Source: Candidatus Eiseniibacteriota bacterium
GTDB lineage: Bacteria; Eisenbacteria; RBG-16-71-46; JABDJR01
Assembly: GCA_963762255.1 (NCBI GenBank)
Contig: CAVXKA010000001.1
Span: 672,001-736,000, forward strand
Length of the DNA stretch: 64,000 nucleotides
Direction of reading: 5' to 3'
The notes below the pieces were generated by a model, which searched no databases, had not been told where the DNA came from, and worked only from the letters and a program-made list of their open reading frames with translations. Positions 1 through 9,205 of this stretch are shown here, one piece after another. How positions within the stretch are numbered: the stretch's first letter is position 1; the number at the start of each line of letters is the position of its first letter. Both the position numbers and the translations under genes were made by a program.

Positions 1-1607
1 CAGCACAGCACACGATCGCGGAGCTGCGTCACCGCGCGGGCGATCGTGCCCCCGACGATCATCGTCGTGCGCGAGGCCACGGTGGGGCCGGAGTCGGGCA
101 CCAGGGAAGTGTCCGCGGGCGCGAACACGACGTCGTCGAGGGTCACCCCCGCCGCCTCCGCGGCGATCATCGTAAGCGCAACCAGCGAGCCCTGGCCGAT
201 GTCGGTCATGGCGGTGAGCACCTCGATGCGCCCGTCGGCGGTGAGCTGCACCGTGACCGGCGAACGCATCTTGTGCTCGCCCTGTCCGGTGAAGCCGGCG
301 CCGTGAAAGTAGAGGCTCATTCCGACGCCGCGCAGCGGCTCGCCGTCCTTGCGCGTGGCGCGCGCCTTCTCGTACTCGAGCCACCGCGCGCGGAAGTTCG
401 TCTTCTTCTCGGCGCGTTCCAGGCAGAGCCGCGCCGAGGCATCGTCCTTGAGCACCTGCCCGGTAGCAAGGCTGTCCCCCGGCCCCACCGCATTGGCCAG
501 GCGCAGGGTCAGGGGATCGATGTCGAGCACCCGTCCGACGCGATCCATGTGCCGTTCGGCGGCGAACATCGTCTGCGGCACGCCGAAGCCGCGGAACGCC
601 CCGTTGGGAGGCGTATGGGTGCGAAGCACGCGACCGCGGATCTTCACGTTCGCGCACCGGTAGGCCCCGGTGGCGTGGAGCACCCCGCGCGAGAGCACGA
701 CCGGCGACAACGTGCGATACGCCCCGCCGTCCAGGTCCGCGTGGATCTCCATCGCGGTCAGCCGTCCGCCCGCGGTCACGCCGGTGCGAAGACGAACGCG
801 CCCCGGGTGTCGCTTGGTGGTGGCCGTGATGTCCTCGTGCCGGTCGTAGACGATCTTGACCGGACGCCCCGACGCCCTCGCGAGAAGCCCGGCATGCGCA
901 GCGAGGATGCTCGGATAGTCCTCCTTGCCGCCGAACCCTCCGCCGATGACGGACGGGCGCACGCGCACCTTGTTCTCGGGAAGGCCGAAGGCGTGCACCA
1001 TCGCGTGATGGATGTAGTAGGGACACTGCATCGAGCCCATCACTTCGAGGGTGCCGTCCGGCTCGAACCAGGCGAGCATCGCCTGGCACTCGATGTAGAT
1101 GTGCTCCTGGTGGCCGCAGAAGTAGACGCCCTCGATGATGTGGGCGGCCTCGGCGAAGCCCCGCGCGAGATTCCCGTGATCGAGGCTCAGCGTGTAGAGC
1201 GGCTCCTCACGCTCGGCGTCCTCCCACGTGAGGACCGGCGGCAGCGGCTCGTACTCGACATCGAAAGCTTCCAGGGAACGCCGCGCCGCATCGCGGGTGG
1301 GCGCCGCCACCAGAGCCACCGCGTCGCCCACATAGCGCACCACGCCCTCGGCGAGCACCGGCCAGGTGTCGTCGATGAGCTGCACGCCGTTGACGCCCGG
1401 GATGTCGCGCGCGGTGACCGCGACCGCGCCCTCGGGGGCGCGCGACGGATCGAAGCGGAGCGAGACGATCCGCGCGTGAGGATGTGGGCTGCGCAGCGTG
1501 GCCCCGAACATCATGCCGGGCAGCGTCAGGTCGTCGGCGTACTTGGCCCCACCTGTCACTTTGGCCCACCCGTCGGGCCGGGGAGGGCTATCTCCTATGC
1601 GAACCAT
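1..1607 (-). CDS. Xanthine dehydrogenase family molybdopterin-binding subunit (3' end runs off window)
   Basis: Translated by hand (absent from ORF track because no stop is reached): MVRIGDSPPRPDGWAKVTGGAKYADDL...LRSPHPHARI, later TDIGQG and DSGPTVASR. GGAGG RBS upstream. Confidence 0.9.
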   Translation of the reverse strand, partial: MVRIGDSPPRPDGWAKVTGGAKYADDLTLPGMMFGATLRSPHPHARIVSLRFDPSRAPEGAVAVTARDIPGVNGVQLIDDTWPVLAEGVVRYVGDAVALVAAPTRDAARRSLEAFDVEYEPLPPVLTWEDAEREEPLYTLSLDHGNLARGFAEAAHIIEGVYFCGHQEHIYIECQAMLAWFEPDGTLEVMGSMQCPYYIHHAMVHAFGLPENKVRVRPSVIGGGFGGKEDYPSILAAHAGLLARASGRPVKIVYDRHEDITATTKRHPGRVRLRTGVTAGGRLTAMEIHADLDGGAYRTLSPVVLSRGVLHATGAYRCANVKIRGRVLRTHTPPNGAFRGFGVPQTMFAAERHMDRVGRVLDIDPLTLRLANAVGPGDSLATGQVLKDDASARLCLERAEKKTNFRARWLEYEKARATRKDGEPLRGVGMSLYFHGAGFTGQGEHKMRSPVTVQLTADGRIEVLTAMTDIGQGSLVALTMIAAEAAGVTLDDVVFAPADTSLVPDSGPTVASRTTMIVGGTIARAVTQLRDRVLC

Positions 1608-1754
1608 GGCCGACCTCCGTAAGAATGTGAGACGAAGCATACCGCATGAGCGGCGCAGGGGGATTCGACAACCGCCATGCGGGTGAGTAGGCTTCCGGTT
1701 GCCGGGCCGCACCGAGGCCCCGCGCTCGCGTCGACGCACCCTCAGGGAGGACCG

Positions 1755-3167
1755 ATGGGCGTTCTCATCAAGAACGGCACGATCGTCACCGCGCTGGATC
1801 GGTGGGTGGGAGACGTCCTCTGCCGCGACGGACGCATCGTTGCGCTGGGCTCCTCGCTCGAAGGCGCGGCCGATGATGAGCTCGTCGACGCTTCCGGCCA
1901 GTACGTCTTCCCCGGTGGCATCGACCCGCACGTGCACCTGTCCCTTCCGGTGATGGGCACGGTCTCCGCGGACGACTTCGAGAGCGGCACCATTGCCGCG
2001 CTCGCCGGCGGCACCACGACCGTTCTCGATTTCGTGCATCCCGAGCGCGATCAGGACTACTTCGAGGCGCTTCGCGCCCGCCGCGCCGAGGCCGCGCGCG
2101 CCGTCATCGACTACGGCTTCCACATGGGCGTGACGTGGTGGGGCGACGGCGTGGCCGAGGCGCTCGGCCGCTGCGTCCGGGATGAGGGCATCCCCTCGTT
2201 CAAGGTCTACATGGCCTACAAGGACACGGTGGGCCTGGACGACCGCGATCTCATTCGGGTGATGCGCGCGGTGGGCGATTTGGGCGGGCTTCTCATGGTC
2301 CACGCGGAGCACGGGGACATGGTGGAGGAGTTGCGCAACCGGTTCGCCGCGGAGGGAAAGACTGCGCCGCGCTACCATGCCCTCTCCCGCCCCCCGGCGC
2401 TGGAAGGCGAAGCGGTGGGGCGCGCGGCGATCCTCGCCGCGTTCAACGGGGTGACCCTCTACGTGGTCCACGTCACTTGCCGCGAGTCGCTTCACAACCT
2501 GGCCGAGGCCCGCGAAGGCGGTGCCCGCGTGCACGGCGAGACCTGCCCGCACTATCTGCTCCTCGACGACTCCGTCTACGACCAACCGTGGGATGCCGCC
2601 GCCCGTTATGTCCTCTCTCCCCCCATCCGCGCGAAGGGCCACCAGGAGGCGCTCTGGGAAGGACTCAAGGCGGGGATCCTCGAGGTCGTCTCCACCGACC
2701 ACTGTCCCTTCAATACGCGCGGGCAAAAAGACGCCGGGCGCGACGATTTTCGCAAGATCCCCAACGGCGCGGCCGGGATCGAGCACCGCATGGCGCTCCT
2801 CTACACGCATGGCGTGGGCACGGGGAAGATCGACCTCTTCCAGTTCGTGGATCTCACCTCCACACGAGCGGCGCGCCTCTTCGGGCTCTACCCGCGGAAG
2901 GGGTCGATCACCGTGGGAGCGGACGCGGATCTGGTCGTCTGGGATCCCGAGGCGACCGGCGTGATCTCGGCGGGGACCCACCACCATCGGTGCGACGCCA
3001 GCATCTACGAGGGGTTTCCCTTACGAGGCCTCCCCTCGACGGTCCTCTCCGGCGGACGTATCCGATTCCACCGCGGCGACTTACGGGCTGAACCCGGGTC
3101 CGGACGGTTCCTCGCTCGGCATGTCGGCACGCTGGAGCGCACAAGAAGGCCCGGGTCACCCTCGTAG
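1755..3167 (+). CDS. hydA: Dihydropyrimidinase / D-hydantoinase
   Basis: PGGIDPHVH, SFKVYMAY, STDHCPF and IPNG motifs. GGGAGG RBS before ATG 1755. Confidence 0.93.
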   Translation: MGVLIKNGTIVTALDRWVGDVLCRDGRIVALGSSLEGAADDELVDASGQYVFPGGIDPHVHLSLPVMGTVSADDFESGTIAALAGGTTTVLDFVHPERDQDYFEALRARRAEAARAVIDYGFHMGVTWWGDGVAEALGRCVRDEGIPSFKVYMAYKDTVGLDDRDLIRVMRAVGDLGGLLMVHAEHGDMVEELRNRFAAEGKTAPRYHALSRPPALEGEAVGRAAILAAFNGVTLYVVHVTCRESLHNLAEAREGGARVHGETCPHYLLLDDSVYDQPWDAAARYVLSPPIRAKGHQEALWEGLKAGILEVVSTDHCPFNTRGQKDAGRDDFRKIPNGAAGIEHRMALLYTHGVGTGKIDLFQFVDLTSTRAARLFGLYPRKGSITVGADADLVVWDPEATGVISAGTHHHRCDASIYEGFPLRGLPSTVLSGGRIRFHRGDLRAEPGSGRFLARHVGTLERTRRPGSPS

Positions 3168-3310
3168 TCCCGGGGCCCGCACGTTGCCCCAATGCCGCAC
3201 GTACGTTCATTCGGAATCGTCTGCTTACGGTTGAGGATAGGGAGCCGGGGGGCCAACCTCGATAGCTTGACAGCGAGACGTTCTGTGTCACTACCTTGCA
3301 GGCTAGCTAT

Positions 3311-3916
3311 ATGTCTATCTCTCGAAACAATGTCCAAGTCAGCGCATTCAATCCTGCGCCCCCGCTCCCCTTCGAGTTGCGAGTGCGGGATTTCCAAATG
3401 GCGATGCAGGACGTGTATGACTTCTTCTATGATGTGAATTCTCACTTGACTAGCAGGGGTTTGCTGAGGCTGGACGACATGCTGCGTCCCGCAATCATGT
3501 CGGGCCTCCTATCCGACATGCTGACCGCCAGCCTTGCCAAGCACTCGAGAGTCCTGAGGGAGAATCAGTACTTCAACGGCCACCCCGATCTGATCGTACA
3601 AGGCGTCTATCCCGGCAATGCCGTCAAGGCGGGTTCGGATGGCGTTGAGATCAAGACGACTAGAAAGGCGGGCGGGGCCGTCGATACCCACGGGGCCCGC
3701 GAACAGTGGATGTGTGTCTTCGTGTATGGCGTAGACACGGAAACGGAACCTGCTCTCGATCGCCTCCCCATGACCTTCAGGGAGGTCTATCTCGGACACG
3801 TCGTCAGCGATGATTTCAGACGGAATCCACGCAGCGAGCTTGGCACGCGCACGGCCACCCTGCACAAGGACGGCATCCAGAAACTCCGCCAGAACTGGAT
3901 CTACCGTTTGGGGTGA
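3311..3916 (+). CDS. Putative type II restriction endonuclease, PD-(D/E)xK fold
   Basis: GHPDL...GVEIKTT motif. Convergent with and overlapping a DNA methyltransferase; lower GC than flanks. Confidence 0.7.
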   Translation: MSISRNNVQVSAFNPAPPLPFELRVRDFQMAMQDVYDFFYDVNSHLTSRGLLRLDDMLRPAIMSGLLSDMLTASLAKHSRVLRENQYFNGHPDLIVQGVYPGNAVKAGSDGVEIKTTRKAGGAVDTHGAREQWMCVFVYGVDTETEPALDRLPMTFREVYLGHVVSDDFRRNPRSELGTRTATLHKDGIQKLRQNWIYRLG

Positions 3917-5058
3917 TTCCCATTCGGGGTGAAGCGGGTCAGTTTGGGGATCGCCTCGCAGGCCATCGTGAAGAAGTGCTCGTCCTTCTCCACTCCGACA
4001 CTCGCATATCCTACGGCCTCCGCAGCTGCCAGGGTCGATCCCGCCCCGGCGAACGGGTCGAGGACGACGCCCCTTCCCAAAGGCAGCGCTGCTCGCACGA
4101 GTTGTCGAAGGAACGACTGCGGCTTGAGGCTCGGGTGGGGAGCTAGGTTGCGCTCCGCCTTACGTGTCGGCAGCGAGCTGATGACATCCCCGAATGGCTT
4201 GTCCTGAGATGGCCGGCGGAATCCTCCGGTATGCCACTTCCTCAAATTGTCCTGCACTCGTCCTTCAATGGGCTTACGGTACACGATCCACGGCTCCCAC
4301 ATGGATCGAGGCATGACGCTGATTTCCGGAAACTCCTCGTGTGCTGCCTTGGGGCGGTCCCCCCCCCTCATGGTCATCGTCAACCGAACAACTTCCCCCC
4401 GACGTTCCAACCCGGCATCCGCGAGCGCGCCGGAAACCAGATAGGACAGAAGCGGATTGGACGCGATCACGACGTGAGCACCGGGAACGAGTTTCGGCAG
4501 CAGCAGTCGCGCCCAGACAAAGAAGTAGGTGCGCAGGTACTCTAGCTGCGCCGGGGCAAGAGTCGTGAATCTCGGGAGCGGGGAACGCACGTGACCGTCA
4601 AACGACGGGGGGATACGCCAGACCCCTCCCTTCCCATTGCGGAGCTTCGCCTGTTGTTCGGCCGTGTATTCGTGCAGACCGTAGGGAGGGTCCGTCACGA
4701 CGGCGTGGAAACTGTGGTCCGGCTGCTGTTCCAGCCAATCGAAACAGTCGGCATGATGCAATGTCGCTTTGCCGAACGTCGCCGGGGCGGCCCAGTCCTC
4801 TTCCAGCGACAATTCCCGTTGGATCCCCGCCCCCCCCACTGGTCGAACGGCGTAGGAGCCCCGGCCTTCCCGGACAAACATCCCCGGGGTATTCAATCGG
4901 AGATAGGACCGGATCGAGGACCCGGCAGTGGGGCCGATGACCTGGCTGACGCGTTCCTCAATCTCCTTGACGGAGAGTGCCTTGGAGGTAAGCGACATCA
5001 CTTGCAGGATGCCATCCCTCACGTGACCAGGAGAGTATCTGACTCGGTCATCCTTCAT
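3901..5058 (-). CDS. N4-C/N6-A DNA methyltransferase (beta class) with N-terminal winged-helix-like extension
   Basis: TDPPY precedes HPSLKP and LDPFAGAGST. The first ~70 aa look like a wHTH. Confidence 0.9.
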   Translation of the reverse strand: MKDDRVRYSPGHVRDGILQVMSLTSKALSVKEIEERVSQVIGPTAGSSIRSYLRLNTPGMFVREGRGSYAVRPVGGAGIQRELSLEEDWAAPATFGKATLHHADCFDWLEQQPDHSFHAVVTDPPYGLHEYTAEQQAKLRNGKGGVWRIPPSFDGHVRSPLPRFTTLAPAQLEYLRTYFFVWARLLLPKLVPGAHVVIASNPLLSYLVSGALADAGLERRGEVVRLTMTMRGGDRPKAAHEEFPEISVMPRSMWEPWIVYRKPIEGRVQDNLRKWHTGGFRRPSQDKPFGDVISSLPTRKAERNLAPHPSLKPQSFLRQLVRAALPLGRGVVLDPFAGAGSTLAAAEAVGYASVGVEKDEHFFTMACEAIPKLTRFTPNGNHPKR

Positions 5059-5066
5059 GACGCGGA

Positions 5067-5095
5067 ATGCTAGACGTTTGGACGTCTTTTGTCAA
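5067..5095 (-). promoter_or_regulatory. sigma70 promoter of MTase (TTGACA-17-TAGCAT) containing palindrome AGACGT-N4-ACGTCT
   Basis: -35 at 5095-5090, -10 at 5072-5067, palindrome at 5072-5087. ATG is 8 nt after the -10. Confidence 0.7.
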
Positions 5096-5230
5096 CATCG
5101 AAGACCGGGGCGGGTGCGGCCCTTACTGGCCACGCCGCACCCACGCACGGCGTCCCCCGCGGAAGGGTACCCATGGGCGACCCTTTCTCCAAGTCGCCTC
5201 GACTTTCCGTCCAGGTCCTGGCTCTCCCGG

Positions 5231-5261
5231 TTGACACAGTCTTGATTTAGATTTAGTCTAC
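5231..5261 (+). promoter_or_regulatory. sigma70 promoter (TTGACA-17-TAGTCT) overlapped by TTAGA-N5-TCTAC operator
   Basis: -35 at 5231-5236, -10 at 5254-5259, operator at 5247-5261. ATG at 5267. Confidence 0.75.
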
Positions 5262-5266
5262 GTCAC

Positions 5267-5665
5267 ATGAAAGACGCGCTCGCGGTTCTCAAGGACCACG
5301 GCATCCAGCCAACCCCGCAGCGGATCGCGCTGGCGGAGTGCATTCTCGAGGAGACCTCCCACCCGACCGCGGATCAGGTCTGGGAGCGGGTGCGATCGAG
5401 CTGCCCCACGATCTCCCGGGCGACGGTCTACAACACGCTCAACTTGTTCGTGGAGAAGGGGATCCTCAAGGCGCAGGTGCTGCGTGAGGGGACCGTGGTC
5501 TTCGACCCGTTCACCGCCGCGCACCATCACTTTATCGACGAGGAGACCGGCCAGATCGTCGACATCCCCTGGGATGCGGTGAGGGTGGAGGGGAGCGCCT
5601 CGCTGGACGGCCTCGAAGTCCGCGAGTTCCAGGTCGTCATGCGTGGGCGTCGGAAGAAGCCCTGA
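5267..5665 (+). CDS. Fur family regulator (Irr/PerR-like, HHH motif, no CxxC)
   Basis: TPQR, HPTA, SRATVYNTL and HHHFID motifs. Lies upstream of catalase. Confidence 0.9.
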   Translation: MKDALAVLKDHGIQPTPQRIALAECILEETSHPTADQVWERVRSSCPTISRATVYNTLNLFVEKGILKAQVLREGTVVFDPFTAAHHHFIDEETGQIVDIPWDAVRVEGSASLDGLEVREFQVVMRGRRKKP

Positions 5666-5694
5666 CCGGCGGGCCCCCTTTTTTTGCACCCAAC

Positions 5695-5709
5695 TTAGAC
5701 GCTATCTAA
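5695..5709 (+). promoter_or_regulatory. Second operator copy TTAGA-CGCTA-TCTAA upstream of catalase
   Basis: Perfect 5-bp arms; matches the site at 5247-5261. Confidence 0.65.
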
Positions 5710-5755
5710 ATCAGGACACCATCCAACGAAGAACCAGAGACGGAGGCACAGAACC

Positions 5756-7189
5756 ATGAAGAAGAAGCAACTCACCACCGCCGCCGGCATCCCCGTCGGT
5801 GATAACCAGAACTCGCTAACCGCGGGACCGCGAGGCCCCATCCTCGTCCAGGACTGGCAGCTCTTCGAGAAGCACGCGCACTTCAACCGCGAGCGCATCC
5901 CGGAGCGGGTCGTGCACGCGAAGGGCTCGGCGGCGTACGGCGCCTTCACCGTCACCGGCGACATCACCCGCTTCACCAAGGCCGCGATCTTCTCGTCGGT
6001 CGGCAAGAAGACCGACCTGCTTCTGCGCTTCTCCACGGTGGCCGGCGAGCGCGGCGCGGCGGATGCCGAGCGCGACGTGCGCGGCTTCGCGCTCAAGTTC
6101 TACACGGATGAGGGAAACTGGGATCTGGTCGGCAACAACACCCCGGTCTTCTTCGTGCGCGATCCCTTCAAGTTCTCCGATTTCATCCGCACGCAGAAGC
6201 GCGATCCCAAGTCGAACCTACGCAACACGACCGCGATGTGGGACTTCTGGTCCCTCTCCCCCGAGAGCCTCCACCAAGTCACAATCCTCTTCTCCGACCG
6301 AGGGCTCCCGAAAAGCTACCGTCACATGCACGGCTTCGGCAGCCATACCTACAGCCTCTTCAACGCGAAGAACGAGCGGTTCTGGGTCAAGTTCCACTTC
6401 AAGACGATGCAGGGGATCCAGAACCTCACGGACGATGAGGCCGCACGCATCGTCGCCGGCGACCGCGAGAGCCATCAGCGCGATCTCTTCGACGCGATCG
6501 AGCGCGGCGAGTATCCCAAGTGGCGCGTCATGGTGCAGGTGATGCCGGAGAAGGACGCTGATAAGACCTCGTACAACCCCTTCGACCTCACCAAGGTCTG
6601 GCCGTACGCGGACTACCCGCTCATCGAGGTCGGCGTGATGGAGCTGAACCGGAACCCCGAGAACTACTTCGCGGAGGTGGAGCAGGCGGCCTTCTCGCCG
6701 GCCAACGTCGTCCCCGGCATCGGCCACAGCCCGGACAAGATGCTCCAGTTCCGAGTCGTCTCGTACGCGGACGCCCATCGCTATCGTCTCGGCGTCAACT
6801 ACGAGAGCCTTCCCGTGAATCGGCCGCGCTGCCCGGTGAACACCTATCACCGCGACGGAGCCATGCGCTTCGACGACAACGGCGGCGCCTCGGTGAACTA
6901 CGAGCCGAACAGTTTCGGGGGCCCCACCGAGGACCCTCGCTTCAAGGAGCCGCCGCTGCGCATCTCCGGCGATGCCGACCGCTACGACCATCGGGCCGGC
7001 AACGACGACTTCACGCAGGCGGGAAACCTCTATCGCCTCATGCCCAAGGACGAACGCGAACGGCTTCACGTTGCCATCGCGGGCGCGATGCGAGGAGTTC
7101 CTCAAGAGATCGTCGACCGCCAGCTCGCGCACTTCGAGAAGGCCGATGCCGCGTATGCGGCCGGCGTGCGCCGGGCGCTGAAGGGCTGA
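5756..7189 (+). CDS. katA: Monofunctional heme catalase (small subunit)
   Basis: [23 protein letters not shown] and RVVSYADAH motifs. Confidence 0.97.
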   Translation: MKKKQLTTAAGIPVGDNQNSLTAGPRGPILVQDWQLFEKHAHFNRERIPERVVHAKGSAAYGAFTVTGDITRFTKAAIFSSVGKKTDLLLRFSTVAGERGAADAERDVRGFALKFYTDEGNWDLVGNNTPVFFVRDPFKFSDFIRTQKRDPKSNLRNTTAMWDFWSLSPESLHQVTILFSDRGLPKSYRHMHGFGSHTYSLFNAKNERFWVKFHFKTMQGIQNLTDDEAARIVAGDRESHQRDLFDAIERGEYPKWRVMVQVMPEKDADKTSYNPFDLTKVWPYADYPLIEVGVMELNRNPENYFAEVEQAAFSPANVVPGIGHSPDKMLQFRVVSYADAHRYRLGVNYESLPVNRPRCPVNTYHRDGAMRFDDNGGASVNYEPNSFGGPTEDPRFKEPPLRISGDADRYDHRAGNDDFTQAGNLYRLMPKDERERLHVAIAGAMRGVPQEIVDRQLAHFEKADAAYAAGVRRALKG

Positions 7190-7230
7190 CAGGGGATCGA
7201 TTCGAGCGGCAACGCGCGAAGAGCGGAGAG

Positions 7231-7266
7231 CAAAACGAAACCCCCGGGCGGTATGCCCGGGGGCTT
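7231..7266 (-). terminator. Intrinsic terminator (probably bidirectional)
   Basis: Stem cccccgggc/gcccggggg followed by tttcgttttg on the minus strand. Confidence 0.7.
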
Positions 7267-7450
7267 CTCAGTAGCGACACCTGGGGGGGGTAGGTTCGCT
7301 ACGTCACCCTGAAAACCACCCTGCGGGTGAGATAGGGGGCAACGGCGCCTCACGGGGTGCCGCGCTGCCCTACGACCTTGCGGCCGCACCCCATGTATCG
7401 GATCGGCTCTCCCCGACTTGATCGCTTTCGCCGCCGCGGAACCGGAGCGC
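7231..7450 (-). ncRNA. Candidate structured ncRNA 1 (boundaries approximate)
   Basis: Minus-strand stems tgcggcc-GCAA-ggtcgta, tcaccc/gggtga and gtagcga/tcgctac with a C8 loop, ending in a terminator. Confidence 0.5.
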
Positions 7451-7528
7451 GAGTTTTCACCCAACCCGCCCGGGTCGGGCCGCCTAACTGGCTGGTAGAC
7501 TTCACGTCCCCACCACGAGGAGGCCCGC

Positions 7529-9127
7529 GTGATCCCCGATTCCGAACACAAGTTCTTCGAGGCCGTCGAGCGGCGCATCGAGCACCTGGCGCGCCATCGC
7601 ATGGAGAACGAGTCGGCCCTCTACGCCGGCATGCCGCTCCCCTGGGATCCCGCGGACCTCTGCGCGCGCCAGGCCGGTGTGGTTCAAGAGGGGGACTTCC
7701 CGGCCCGTCTCGAAGCGGCCTTCGGCATGGACCCGACACCGGAAGAGCACCGTCACCTCGATCGGCTGCATCGCTGGGTGATCGCCACGCTCTTCGAGAC
7801 CCATCCCGATATCGCGCCCCTCGTGCAGGAGCTTCGCGAACGGCAGATCGCGTTCCGCCCGTGCGTGGGCGATCGCGAGGTCTCGCGGGCCGAGATCCGC
7901 CGCATGCTCCTCTCGGAGCCGGACCGAGGGCTTCGCGAGATGGCGTGGAGGTCCACGGTTCCCCTCGGTGAAGCGATCGAGGAGGATGCGACGGAACTCC
8001 TTCGGCGCCGCGAGGCGCTTGCGCGAGCGGTCGCCGGCTCGGGTTTTCCGGAGATTGCGTTCCACGTCATTGATCAGGATCGCGCCGAGGCCGTGGGGCT
8101 TGTCGATGCCGTCGAGCGATTCACCCGCGGAACGTACCAGGAGGCGAAGCGCGAGATCCGCGCCGTGCTTGGCCTTCAGGATGTGGAACCATGGGACGTG
8201 GACTACGGCCTCATGCGCCTGAGCCCGCTTCCTCCGGACGCGTTCGAGGCCGTGCCCACGTTGGATGCCGCGCGCGCGCAGGCGCACCGATGGGGGTTCG
8301 ACCTCGACGGCGCAGGCGTGCGCTGGGAAGCGTGCGATCTCCCCTTCGACGCGTTGGTTCTCCCGGTGGAGTCCCCCGGCGAGATCCGCATCCTGCACGC
8401 ACCATTTGTGGGATACGACGGTTTCGGCGCCGCGTTCAACGCTGCGGGCCGCGCGCTCGGCGGGGTGCGCGCCCGCTCGCACAGTCCTCTCCTCGATCGC
8501 GAGTCACCGGTCATGATCGAGGCGGCGGGGGCACTGTTCGAAGAAGTGACGCGCCAACCGGCCCGGCTCGCCGAGATCACCGGCGCTCCCCCCCCCGCCG
8601 TGCGCACGCACCTGCGCGCCGCCCGCTTCGCCCGGGTGATCGCGCTTCGCCGTCACGCGGCCGCCACCGCCTTCGAGAACCTTGCCTACGCCGCGTCCAG
8701 CCTGAAGCCGCAGCGACTCCACGCGAACGTCACGGAGCAGATGCTGGAGGAGACGCGCCGTCCGGAAGTGCTCTGGCCGGGCGATCCGTTCTGGGTGAGC
8801 CGGCCGCTGCACGGCGCTTCGATGATTCTCGGCGTGCTGATCGCTGCGCAGACATGGGAGCGATTGCAGGCTGAGATTCCCGAGGCGTGGGCCCGTGAGG
8901 AAGCCGGCACGTGGCTGCGCGAGCACCTCTTCGGGCCCGGAGCAAGCGAGGACTGGAGAACCAGGGTGGCGCGTGCCACCGGGGCCCCGCTCGGGATTGA
9001 CGCGTTCGCGAGGGAGATGGATCTCAGCGTGAAGAGCGCGGCGCTCGCCGACGTGGAGGAATTGTCGGACGCGGCGGTGGCCGAGTACTTCAAGGACATC
9101 GACCTCAGCGACATCGACAGGGACTGA
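7529..9127 (+). CDS. M3/M32-like oligopeptidase homologue lacking HExxH
   Basis: M3-like segments (REMAWR, VEPWD, PGEIRIL, EAAGALFE, LFGPGASEDW). FNAAGRAL sits where FHExGHAL is expected. Confidence 0.65.
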   Translation: MIPDSEHKFFEAVERRIEHLARHRMENESALYAGMPLPWDPADLCARQAGVVQEGDFPARLEAAFGMDPTPEEHRHLDRLHRWVIATLFETHPDIAPLVQELRERQIAFRPCVGDREVSRAEIRRMLLSEPDRGLREMAWRSTVPLGEAIEEDATELLRRREALARAVAGSGFPEIAFHVIDQDRAEAVGLVDAVERFTRGTYQEAKREIRAVLGLQDVEPWDVDYGLMRLSPLPPDAFEAVPTLDAARAQAHRWGFDLDGAGVRWEACDLPFDALVLPVESPGEIRILHAPFVGYDGFGAAFNAAGRALGGVRARSHSPLLDRESPVMIEAAGALFEEVTRQPARLAEITGAPPPAVRTHLRAARFARVIALRRHAAATAFENLAYAASSLKPQRLHANVTEQMLEETRRPEVLWPGDPFWVSRPLHGASMILGVLIAAQTWERLQAEIPEAWAREEAGTWLREHLFGPGASEDWRTRVARATGAPLGIDAFAREMDLSVKSAALADVEELSDAAVAEYFKDIDLSDIDRD

Positions 9128-9205
9128 GCGACCCCGCGGACCCGCTGATCGCTGACTCCGATGCTACAATGGGGGACCACACCGCTGAAGAGGAGGTAGC
9201 ACCCG

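Noticed and set aside
273-1622. 449-aa plus-strand ORF and many other long overlapping ORFs
   Set aside because: Antisense or alternate-frame shadows of recognisable genes in high-GC DNA.
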